64,000 nt of DNA from Tubiluchus corallicola (Eukaryota > Animalia > Priapulida): the NCBI GenBank assembly GCA_030141605.1, contig JAQGDQ010000296.1:124001-188000 (forward strand), in the 5' to 3' direction. Positions 40,990 through 52,385 of the stretch are shown here, piece by piece (position 1 is the stretch's first letter; the number at the start of each line of letters is the position of its first letter). The position numbers and the translations under genes are program-made. The notes under the pieces are model-generated. The model did no database searches, was not told the origin of the DNA, and saw nothing but the letters and a program-made list of their open reading frames with translations.

Positions 40990-41900
40990 TTTCTTTGTTG
41001 TCTACATTGGCAATTTGGAGCAAATTTTTGTGCCTCTTTCGCCTGTTATTCGACCTTGTGATACGGTTTTCATAACCTCCTGGCACTGATGACGCACAAA
41101 ATGGTATGAAAATGTGCATTGTTTGAGATTTAAAAACTTTCTCAACACACTTAAGTTAATTTCCAAATCATATTTTCCCATTAGAATCATAGGCTCTTTT
41201 GAATTTACTAAAATAATTGTGAAATAACGCTAGTCTTTTATAATTATTCTTTGTTGCATTGGCAGTATTCCTGTTTCAATTGTGACTGATACTATAGTAA
41301 TAACTTATGAAGAATCCTTTTCTGCGTTTTCCATACTCGCTATTTCCTCATACGTCATTCCACCACAGTTTCTGAGTTGCATAGCACACTTGTATTATGA
41401 CCAAGTAGATATTGCGACTTTGTTTCCGCGCGATTTAAATCTACGTTTCCATAACAAATATTCCAGTTGTGTTTATATTTCTCCATACTAAAACATTTTT
41501 CTCATATATTCAACATTTCTTCTTTTTTTGTAATATTCATGCCTTTTTGCCACTTTGTTGCCGCCATTTTATAAGGTTTGCGAAATAAATCCATTCGTTT
41601 GAAATCAAATATCTGAGTGTAAACCACACAGATTACATGAATGTCCAGTGCTTCTTGGAAAACGTAACCAATACTTTTTATTAAAGTAATTTACTACAAA
41701 AGATTTTAGCAATTGTTAAACTACAGAACAGTTAAATTCGGCAGCGCATGAAAAGAGCTTTACAGATCAGACAGGTTTTAACAAGGGCGCTTGTGTCTCG
41801 CCTTTCAAAAAGCTGAATCTAAAGATTCTGCAGCAAACAAGAGGGGTTTATGAGAAATTGCAAATGAAAGTGGATTAAAAGATGGAAAACATCCAAGGAT
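40990..41900 (-). pseudogene. Heavily decayed RTE-clade LINE 3' region
   Basis: Minus-strand peptides LNLKQCTFSYHFVRHQCQEVMKTVSQGRITGERG (cf. RTE C-terminal RxLxYFGHxxR...IxxGxxxGxRxRG), TSVLCNSET (cf. SVLLYGSETW) and LRYLIS (cf. FKYLGS) occur in the expected order. Confidence 0.35.
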
Positions 41901-42990
41901 ATTGCTTAAATGGCTCGCTAGTGATTTGCTAATCTCAAAGAGGCGGAATTAACGAGAGAATAAAGATGATTAAATGTGTTTAAACTTCGTGAAAGTTGTT
42001 TGAAAATATGGAGTTATTGCAATTGAACGTGAGAGTGAAATAAATTGAGTTGTCTTTCTTGATAATCCTGCAGTCTGATCCATTTTAACTAAGTCAAAGG
42101 AGCTTCATGAAACCCTACGGAAGACTTAAATATTGAATTTACAAAAAACTTTGCAATGAATAATTAATTATCATTTTAGCAACATTCTTGTGGCTCTCTG
42201 GTTAGCTAAAGACACTTTTCACTTTCAGTTAGAGCTACTATAATAAGCAAAATGCAAAAAAGCCAATGCAAACTGTGGTATATTGTTAGAATTTTGCTTC
42301 ATCATCGGTCAATCTACTCTAACTTTACAGTCAGTAAACATATTATATCAATTTGGGGAGGGGACAGGTCATTTTGGCTTGAGCGTTTGAGCCCCAGACA
42401 CTTGGGCGCCGGCCCACTTGGGCCCCAGATATTTGGGCGCCAGTATAATGTTTGTGCAGCGCTACAAAACGCGATATCTATAGCTGGCTTATTAAGTGAA
42501 TCCTCTTTGACTGTTACAAGCATAGTTACAGTATTAATTTTTTAAATTTACCTTAAGTTTTTTCAACAAATAAATAATTACTTTCGTGAATAGGATCATG
42601 TAATTGATATAAGAAATAACTGAAATACTCTTCATGTGTAAAAAAAACCCTGTCCCTGAACCTTTCACAAGAGATGCAGTAAAGAAACTTAATTGTGAAA
42701 GTGATAATAACGCATTAAACATTTTTTCTCATTAATTCACCTGCTTTCTTTCGCATAGGCAGCTATAATCAACGTGACTTAAAGGATTCTAAGCGCTCAA
42801 TGAATAATTGCACGTTAACTAGGTTATCCTCGGCTTGCTTGGAACAATCTGGAAATGCCAGGGTGGCGTCTTCTGTCTGCGAATTTTACAACTAAATGAA
42901 GAACTATATCTCACTGTCCACGTTACTGACAGGCTTTGTAACCGGACGCCATTGCATTTTCTCATAACAATGGCGTTAATCACATACTAT

Positions 42991-43342
42991 TGTAACGGAT
43001 CCGGGTCCTTTTCAGGCGCCGATCCGTCTCCTCAGAATGTATCGAGCGGCATACAAGTTATGAAAGTATTACAGCAGACGAGAAAAGTAAAAAGAGTACG
43101 AATGCAAAATAAATTAAACTTTATTGCACAACCGGTAACTCCAAAAGAATGACATGTGAACAGACTTTGTATAAAAAAATCAGCAAACCTACAGCAATCA
43201 CCTTTACAGACAGAAAGGCCAGGTTGGAATCGTCAAATTACGGCATGCATTCTGTTTTATACAGGTACATTTGCATTACTGGGCTTCTCGACTATACCCA
43301 TTACTAACATTATGGGGTTAGTCAAAACCCGTCTTCGTAACA
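42991..43342 (-). repeat. 3' LTR
   Basis: TGTAAC...GTAACA on +; sense-strand AATAAA at 43125-43120; adjacent to the PPT. Confidence 0.95.
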
Positions 43343-43355
43343 CTACCCCCTCCTC
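43343..43355 (-). promoter_or_regulatory. Polypurine tract
   Basis: Sense GAGGAGGGGGTAG immediately before the 3' LTR. Confidence 0.9.
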
Positions 43356-44248
43356 AATTTCCATTTGTCCACAAATGGGTTACAGCAAATGCAAATGCAA
43401 TTAAATTTTACTCTAGTTGAACCCAACAAAAGTCATTCAAAGTTGAGCAAATCAGTTTAACAAAATAATCAAAATTGTAAACAGCACTAGTACAAATATG
43501 TAAAATCCCGGCTTTAGCAAATCTATCCAGGTTAACAGATCAATGATCCACTTCTTGTGAGTGCAGTGTATCGATATCTATCGAGACTGTCCCAAAAACA
43601 ATACAGTCAGTCTTTAAACAGAAACCAGTCTTTGCACATCACGCTATCGGCAAAACAGGCCTTGAAACAAAAAAGCATTCTACTAGTTACTTCCGAGGCA
43701 CTGAGACAACCTCTATGATGTGGTACATTGTGAACAGTCTATAGAAGTTCTCCTGGGGCGTCGGTAGGGATTCGAACCATCTGTCTGCCCGGTGAAATAA
43801 AGTAGTTGCGATACTTGCGAAGGTGTAGGGTACTCCAGCCATGTGCTACAACGGTATTGTACTCCTAGCCATAAACCATGTCTTTGACGGTACTCCATAA
43901 TAGACTCGTGTCCGTCATAATAGACTCGTGTAGCAATCGAAGTTTCGACCTGTCTTCCCTGAGTGAACGAAATAGGCATACTGACAAGCTTACTGCAACA
44001 GACTCGGCACATAAAGAGGAATAAAGACGAAACAAATTTACAAACAAGGTACTGCTGTACAACAACAACAGCAAAGTAGAGAAAAACGATTAATCTTTTT
44101 AAACTGCTTCAACGTTCTGGCTTCGCAAAAGCTACCGAAAACCGGTTCAACTTTGACCAGTGACGTACAGTTAAAAAGACGAGCATCAAGTGTTCACAAC
44201 TGCATAATCTTAGCTAGCTGAACACAACAGAGCCCCATGTTGAAAAGC

Positions 44249-44491
44249 GTGTTCTGGCATCCTAGCCATTACGGAACACTAAACTACCATTTAAAAACAG
44301 TGTTCTGGCAACCTAGCCATTACGGAACACTAAACTACCATTTAAAAACAGTGTTCTGGCATCCTAGCCATTACGGAACACTAAACTACCATTTAAAAAC
44401 AGTGTTCTGGCATCCTAGCCATTACGGAACACTAAACTACCATTTAAAAACAGTGTTCTGGCATCCTAGCCATTACGGAACACTAAACTAC
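44249..44491. repeat. 51-bp tandem array (~4.75 copies) inside the LTR element
   Basis: GTGTTCTGGCATCCTAGCCATTACGGAACACTAAACTACCATTTAAAAACA at 44249, 44300, 44351, 44402 and 44453 (partial); one substitution in copy 2. Confidence 0.97.
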
Positions 44492-44789
44492 GGTGACTCG
44501 CTATACATGCAAAGTCACAAAATGGCTGTACGTCTCCTATTCCTAAATACAGGCTAATATCGCCTCATTGGGAACTCGATAAAAACATAGAACTGTTTAA
44601 GCTAAGGCCGATGCTGCCTGTCGCATAAAGGCCGTTCAATTGCCTTTCAACATAAAAGGTAAAAACACGAAACTGTCTACAAAAACACAAAAAAACACGC
44701 CGAGTAGTACAGACAAGCTGTCTGCCTAAAGCAAAATGCAGCACTCACCAAACCCAATAATGTCGATCCATTCCAGGCGGCAATTTCGG

Positions 44790-44807
44790 ATCCCACTTCT
44801 GACACCA
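44790..44807 (-). promoter_or_regulatory. Primer-binding site complementary to the tRNA-Leu(CAA)-type 3' end
   Basis: Sense TGGTGTCAGAAGTGGGAT begins 1 nt after the 5' LTR, a known Gypsy-type PBS. Confidence 0.9.
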
Positions 44808-44808
44808 G

Positions 44809-45160
44809 TGTAACGGATCCGGGTCCTTTTCAGGCGCCGATCCGTCTCCTCAGAATGTATCGAGCGGCATACAAGTTATGAAAGTATTACAGCAGACGAG
44901 AAAAGTAAAAAGAGTACGAATGCAAAATAAATTAAACTTTATTGCACAACCGGTAACTCCAAAAGAATGACATGTGAACAGACTTTGTATAAAAAAATCA
45001 GCAAACCTACAGCAATCACCTTTACAGACAGAAAGGCCAGGTTGGAATCGTCAAATTACGGCATGCATTCTGTTTTATACAGGTACATTTGCATTACTGG
45101 GCTTCTCGACTATACCCATTACTAACATTATGGGGTTAGTCAAAACCCGTCTTCGTAACA
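44809..45160 (-). repeat. 5' LTR
   Basis: Identical by eye to 42991-43342; sense TATA-like GTATAAAA at 45080-45073. Confidence 0.95.
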
Positions 45161-45370
45161 CTATTAATCAGCCTTGAACAGTACCGTAAGCCAAAACCTC
45201 AGAGCGACTCCTGGCGCCGTCGAGCGCACTTCATTAGTGAATTATAGTCTGTTCTATATGTGCTTCACACTCATCTTACCCATGTTCTTACATTTATAAT
45301 AAAAGGTTTCTCTAAAACCATACTGACTAGTTTCGGGTTGTTATTCGTCGTTGTTATACTACACATAGTC

Positions 45371-46620
45371 TAATACTGAAGGTGGAGAAAGTGCAGAAAG
45401 GCAATTAACTGGTTTTAATAGTGTTATTAAACATAACAGTTACGAAAATAATCAATCATTAAAAAGTTAATAAACAAAAATAAAAAATAGGTACAATTTC
45501 AAGTTTTGTTGGTGCCCAAATGTCTCGTGCCCAAGTGTCCACGTGCCCAAATGTTCCAGGTCCAAATGGCCGTGCCCAAATGTCACGTACTCCAATTTGG
45601 GACATTTGCGCGCGAACTCGATCACGCAGAATACATTACATTTCTGTTTTGCCCTGCAAATCACACTACAAATGATTATAATGCTACTAACCTACCTAAT
45701 ATAGTACAAACTAGACTTATGTGGGAATCCTCGTCCACTGCCATACTCGCTAATTACCATAATTATAAGATTTAAAACATCAAAAGGTTTTTATAAGAAA
45801 AGAAATAATTATTTTCATGAGTACGGTCGTGTAAAATTGGATACATAGTTTAACTCACCGCGTGTAAATACACTGCTTCTGAATGCATAATATTATCATG
45901 CAAAAAAGTGCATTTCGCACGAGATTCAGCAAAAATGGCTGAAGCAGTTATTGTTGATCTTCATATTGATAAGTATACTCATTTAATTGGTTTACTACTT
46001 GATCTAGCTAGTCGTTTTCGGCTTAACACCTAGTTATAAGCAACTAATGGAATAAATAACGCATTCTAGGTTTCTTCTAAAACACACCAAGCATTCAATG
46101 AATGTATGTAGTATTGTGATATAATACTAGTTGTATTGCTGCACTAGTTGTACTGACACTAAATTTTGGTGTGAACAGATTTCTTTGTAACGCACATTTC
46201 TGTTATTTGCTGTATTTGTGATGCACTAGATAATTTTTTGAAATAAAATGCTATCATATTTTAATAAAATGCTGATGTAAACTTTTCTTCTTCTTTTTTG
46301 CTCGTTTCAAAAGCTACACATAAAATACTGAATTAAGGTGAAAAACCAGAGAGTGCAGCTAATTGACTGGCTTTAATTGTTTTATCACATATTACTACAT
46401 ATGTCTAATTTAGTGAAGCCATGGTTCTTAAAAAATATTGCGAGAGTTAGGAAGTTGTAGTAAATCACTAAAAATTTAATAAACAAAAATAAAAAATAGG
46501 TACAAAATTAAATTCTATTGATGCCCAAATGTCTCGTGCCCAAGTGTCCCATGCCCAAATGTCTCGTGCCCAAGTGTCCCATGCCCAATTGTTTCTTGCC
46601 CAAATGTTACGTGCCAATAA
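45371..46620 (+). repeat. Two direct copies of a foldback/MITE arm with 15-bp GTGCCCAAATGTCTC units
   Basis: TAATAAACAAAAATAAAAAATAGGTACAA...TGCCCAAATGTCTCGTGCCCAAGTGTCC occurs at ~45468-45593 and ~46477-46617, each preceded by similar upstream sequence. Confidence 0.75.
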
Positions 46621-48114
46621 ACTAACATCGTAAAGAGCGTAAGACGCTGCAGACAACTGTGCAAGTTTAATCAAAATCTGATAAGCGATTGCAAAATTAT
46701 TAGCAGTTTAAATTGGTAAAGTAGTTGACAGGCCGGTCGATCGCAATACCGAAAGCTTTTCTAATCAAAACAAGAAAATTTCGTTGACTTATCGTACTCA
46801 ACAGTGGCAGGACAATTTTTTAGAATGGTTTCTGGGATCGATAGTAACGCTCAACATACGAGAAAGGAAATACATTTCTATATGTCTATTTCTAAAATGA
46901 CAGTCCTCAAACTGGTAACATTGGACACTGAACGCACAGAGAATAATTACCATTACGTAGAAAAATGTGGAATGGAATGCCGGATTTACTCTAATAGCCT
47001 ATTAATTACAGCAGGGCAATTGCATCGTGTCAAGTATCCAGAACAGTTGAAGAATGAGAGAAATTGCACAATTAACACTGGATGGACGCAATGCAATCGC
47101 ACAGATTACATACATGAATAGTATATGTTTATTTTTCAGTAGTTTCCTTTCCTCACCTTTCTTTCCATCCATGCAGCTTTCTGTGAATCAGTCGAAGAGT
47201 TAGTAGATCTATTTTTTATTTAAATTTATTAAAATTACCCGATAAAATCATAAAAAACGAAAAATGACAGTGTCCACATATGGATAATTTACAATAATTG
47301 TCCACACTCACATAAAACAATATCATATCTCAAGTTCATGCCTAACTAGATAGGATTGCGTATTGACCGGTCCGACGTTCCGTTCGTTCACGCCAGTTTT
47401 ATTAATTAAAAGTTTTCAGTACTAAAATCAATGTTGTCTTTTAAGTAGGCTGTTCTTGTACTAGAACTTGGATCTACGATTATAGCTATAAATAAAAACT
47501 TGTTCCACTGAGATGGAAACGCCTGAAAAACCTACAGTTAGATCAGATCAATGGACGTGTCTTATGACCTTGCAGATAATAGCCAGTAATTAAACGGCAA
47601 CGCGTACAAGCGGTGGCTGGTAATAACATCTACAATACTCGTTGCAATACGAGAAATTCTGTAAGCTCACCGAACAAAACATCTAATGCACGAGAGCAAT
47701 ATCGAATTTCGATGCGCGGTTCTCTTTTTTCTCATCTTGCTGACTGAGGAATCCAATCTATTTAAATCTAGCATACTCAGCGTGATGTAGGATTTACCTA
47801 TCAGCAAAGTTGTTGACACAGACAGCGCTGTTTTACAAACTCAATTGCAGGCAATCAATTTATATTCATATCGAAAACCCGGGATGGAAGCGCTGCGAAT
47901 TTTCGACCGGAAGACAGCCACTGTAAATATGAAGAGATTTTCTTTTCGGATCAATGAAAAAAGGGTAGAACAAGGACGATAATGACCTTGGCTACAAGAA
48001 AAACAAATTGAATTTGTTTATCTGCAAAGACCTTTACAAAGCAAACGTATTTGTAATTGTCTGTGAAGTACGTTCTTCAATAATGTGCTAAGTTAGCAAC
48101 CGATTTCACTCATT

Positions 48115-48195
48115 GATTAACTAAGTGACTAACTGACTGACTGACTGACCGACTGACTTTTCGACTGACTGACTGGCTGACTAACTGACTGACAA
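48115..48195. repeat. (GACT)n microsatellite
   Basis: Directly visible; a similar tract lies at ~27378-27490. Confidence 0.85.
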
Positions 48196-48776
48196 TCTCC
48201 TATCGATAGACTGATCACTTGATTGAGTGAATGCGAGTGACTTAAGCCTGATCCAGTAGCTAAATAATTAATCATCCAACAACTGATTAAATAGCTGAAT
48301 GATCTAATCCTTATCTGCTTGATTCACTCGTGCACTGACTGCCTGGCAGGGTCTAACTGCATGTTTACATGGATGTTGACCTGACTGACAGGTAAATGGA
48401 GTCCTGCGAAGTTCACTGACTACCTAAGCGTTGTCTGCCGGCTGACAGGAAAATCGGTGGATGGTTAAGAGTTTGAATAGACGAAATAAACACAGACAAC
48501 ATGCTTAGTGTTTCAAGGGAATGAAGCCACAGCATCTGAATGGCAAGTTTATTTACTGTTTGCCTATGATTGTTTACAGATGTCATGGTACATTGAACTG
48601 ACCAACAGCTGCTTCCAAGATATAAAACCAGCTTAAGAAATTCTTAACCTAAGGTTGCAGGTGTATTTTTTACGAGTTTGCCTTATAAAAGTGCAAGTTT
48701 GTAATAGCAATAAGCTTAGGTGTAAGCTACTTTATTCATAACGAATAAAAAAGTGGCACCGGGAGAGGGGGAGGGA

Positions 48777-49134
<358 letters not shown>

Positions 49135-50544
49135 AGATACATTTAATCTTCCCTGCTCAGTACAAGGTTAGAATTGGTACATCAACAGTAAATAAATGAG
49201 TAGCTAGTAAAATCCACTCTATTCGTACATCGAAATGTCAGATCTCATTGCTCTTATAGGCCAGCAACTACGCACTTTAACAAGTTTTCGGTTTTCATTA
49301 TCGGGTCTTGCAGGGTATTCTGTTCATGAGTAAGCACCTCATTCAATCCTCGCACTTACTCGCGGCTTCAGCTTTCTGCTAATAAATCGTGTCACAAGTT
49401 GAATGATAAACCAACATAGACAGCGTAAATAAAGCATGCATTATTCACAGATATCCCTGCTGTTCTCTATATAGAAGATGGCCATGCCTGCAAATTATGG
49501 CTATACCTTAACTGGTGTTGCCTGTTTTGTGCGCAGTTTAGCTTTTCAGGGACAGACGTTACTTTAAGTAAAAGTAGAGTGATTCTTCAAATCTTATTCC
49601 GATTAACTTATAGTGAAAAATGTACATTTTGTTACTTTTAATTGGACTCACCAAACTGTTTTTGATATTCTCTATATATAAAGATGAAGATCAGTGTGTC
49701 TGTGTGTTATTTATGCACACCCACTTGCTGCTGCAGCGTGCCACCAAACATGTTACGAACCATAAGTTTTTTGATGCTCCATAAGAACCAACATCGCACC
49801 AGACAAATCTCAGATATGTCAGTTTAGGTCAGTCCCCCAGCATGAAAGCCAAAATGGCGTCCACTTTTAGGACATTGTACTATATATATGTGCTGAAGTT
49901 CTCATTATGGTATTATTATGGTATAACGGAATCATTCGATAATTATCGCAATGCTGTTACATCCGCGAATAAACACCAGAAATTTTCGTGCCCTTAGATT
50001 TTTCCAGAGATACAGAAGTTTTATGCTGTTTCATTTTATCTTTACAATCAATGCACACTGTGAGAGATAATTTAATAAATAAAATGAAGTGAAATGCGTT
50101 GCAAACTGAGACTTGTAACTCTCACATTAGTTGAACAATGATTTGCAAAATGTCATTATAATCAATTAATGTTTAACTCCTTCAGCAATGAGAGTCATCA
50201 GCAATTTCTAAAAATAAGCGGTCGGTCATTTTCCAAGTGACCTCCTAAAAACTAAAAAGCACATGTAAAGAATGTCATTATTTTTGTAATACATGTTTCA
50301 AAAAGTTAAAAAAATAGTTTTCACTGAGATGTAACACTTTGCAGGTACGCTCCTAGGTATATGACTGTTACGGAAAGGTGTACATTATAGACTGCAGCAT
50401 TGAGCCTTTGACAAACGTTGTTTTTTCAACATAACTACTCGCTGCTATACATTAGAAAGCTCTGTTATGCTGGATTCTACTTTGCAGTATACTTAAAAAT
50501 AATTATTTTTTATGACATTATTTCCGAATGTGAACAAAAGGAAG

Positions 50545-50865
50545 GAAATGTGAGAGAGTCCGGAATGAGCCTAGATTTAAACTAGCATGCTTTGGATTAC
50601 AAGTTCAACGCTGCGACCACAAGATCACAAAAATTAATTAATTTGTTACTTACGTGCCATTTTAACTCTAAATTAATTACGAAAAAGGAAGACTAATTAA
50701 TTCGTAATTACTCTAGGATACAAGTAAGTTTACATTGAGATACTGGTTGTTGAGGGAGATTAAACTAAGACTGAAACTAAGAATGTGGTCTACTGTTCAG
50801 GACTAGTAATTTCTAAACCCCTAGTTCAAATCCAGTCTCAGCTATGATTTTTTCACATTTCCTCT
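50545..50865. mobile_element. Two degenerate tRNA-derived SINE-like heads in opposite orientation
   Basis: The - copy (~50545-50628) and + copy (~50780-50865) share TGTGGTC...CTAGTT.AAATC.AG.CTCA...TCACATTTCC, including a B-box-like GTTCAAATCC. Confidence 0.45.
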
Positions 50866-52317
50866 GTTTCCATCAAGTTTGGGTGTCTGTTGTTTGTTAA
50901 GAACAAAACAGTATAGACCTTGCTTGCGCAGTCTGAAAAACCAGCGAGCAATACTGGAGCACAATAATCAATTTTAATCATGGTAACAAACTAATGAACT
51001 CTTGACTTTGACAACTAGAAAACAGCAAAATTTCTCATGAGGTCAGAGCAGTTAAGTTACAAATGACAATTTCTCTTGGAAACAACAAAGACATTTAATC
51101 GTATAAGTAATGTCCTGGATATCATTGAAAACAAACGTCAGTCAGGCAGTTTATATCACAATTAATGAATCCCTGGGCTAATCAACAATCAAAGTTTTCT
51201 TTGTGCAATGTGACAGCATTGCCCCTATTGTTTCTTTTAAACTTGATAACATGTTTGATTGTGTGTTTATTTGTAGTGTGTATTATCTTAGTCGTTTTTT
51301 CCTGCGTAAACTGAGATACATTCGTTAGAAGTTGATGTAGTTATTGAACGTAATATTCATCTGAACTAAAAATTGCTTCTACACTGTGTTTATATAGATG
51401 CATCCATTGAACATCTTGCTGTTGGCTAATTACGGTAGTAGCATTTGATACATTTGTAAAGCGTCCTCAGGAAAATCGCCTGTTATATATATGGTCTGCA
51501 TTAAATTAAGCGCGAGCAATTTGTTATTCATCGGGAGGCACAATGCTGACGGATCGCTCCGAACAATCAGTTTGTCTTTTCCGACAATAAATCTGTATTA
51601 GTTCCTTGAGCTTTATCTGCGTTTCAAATGCCAAGCTATTTTTACAGAATGCCTATGTATGACTTTATGAGAGCAATTTCACATTATTACTGGTTAATAA
51701 AGAAAGAGTTATGAGGCAAAAACGATGAATGCTATTGAATGGGTAAGATCTACAACATTCATATTCAAAAGGCAGGGTTTGCATAGCAAAAACTGTTTGC
51801 AGGTTGAATTAACATTTTGCAGTTTTCCTTGAGTGGTTGCTGGACGAATTTTAATTTAACGTTATAATGTCGTTTGAATCTACTTGATCGTTCTACAATT
51901 TCCCGAGACAGTTACATGTCTTAACCATTATAGCACCCCGCAGCGCTTAAAACCGCCCCGAAGACACTTAAGAGTCGCAGTCGGTTCGTTGATTGCAATC
52001 TTTTGTGAAAAGAGAAGGCCAGATATAATTTTCATATTCGTAAAGGATTTTGATAAAACTGCAACGTTTTTGTGATTTTGACTAAGATATTGTTTTAATT
52101 TCGTGTGTTGTTTGTACAGTACAACACACTGAATTCAGCATTCATCGGCAAGACCTTTGCAGCAGAGCTGAATTTGTTTCATAATCCGTGTTTTCAAATC
52201 CACCACCTTGTGATTGACAATACCAAAAATTAGATATTGACTGTGAACGGCGCTGTTTCGCAATAAATATTAACTTTGTGGCTAATGAGTTGAAAAAAAG
52301 ATGCTAAAAAATTGTGA

Positions 52318-52385
52318 ACTTATCGGGACTTGAACCAGAGACCGTTACTAGAACTCCCATGCTCTCCCAGCGCTGTCTACCCATG
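52318..52385 (-). mobile_element. tRNA-derived SINE-like relic
   Basis: Minus strand GGTAGACAGCG...CTGGTTCAAGTCCCGA with A/B-box-like spacing; no intact cloverleaf. Confidence 0.35.

Larger units (their letters stand above)
42991..45160 (-). mobile_element. Complete non-autonomous LTR retrotransposon (TRIM/LARD-like, Gypsy-type signals), 2,170 bp
   Basis: Two 352-bp LTRs, identical by eye, with TGT...ACA ends; 4-bp TSD CTAT at 42987-42990 and 45161-45164; PBS and PPT present; no gag or pol in the 1,466-bp interior. Confidence 0.95.

Noticed and set aside
42991-43040. Hammerhead ribozyme in the LTR (retrozyme hypothesis); sense strand has CTGAGGA...GAAA
   Set aside because: Stem II between CUGAGGA and GAAA does not pair and no stem I forms around a UH site by eye. 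An Infernal/RNAmotif hammerhead search would settle it.
43156-43404. Duplicated small ORF (also 44974-45177)
   Set aside because: Lies within the LTR copies on the antisense strand, with a GTG start.
44249-44491. CRISPR-like array
   Set aside because: Units are contiguous with identical linkers and no unique spacers; no cas genes; eukaryotic context.
44237-44557. ORF with WHPSHYGTLNYHLKTVF repeats
   Set aside because: Artefact of the 51-bp (17-codon) array, antisense to the element.
50545-52385. Functional tRNA genes
   Set aside because: Only degenerate A/B-box-like fragments and no cloverleaf; treated as SINE relics.
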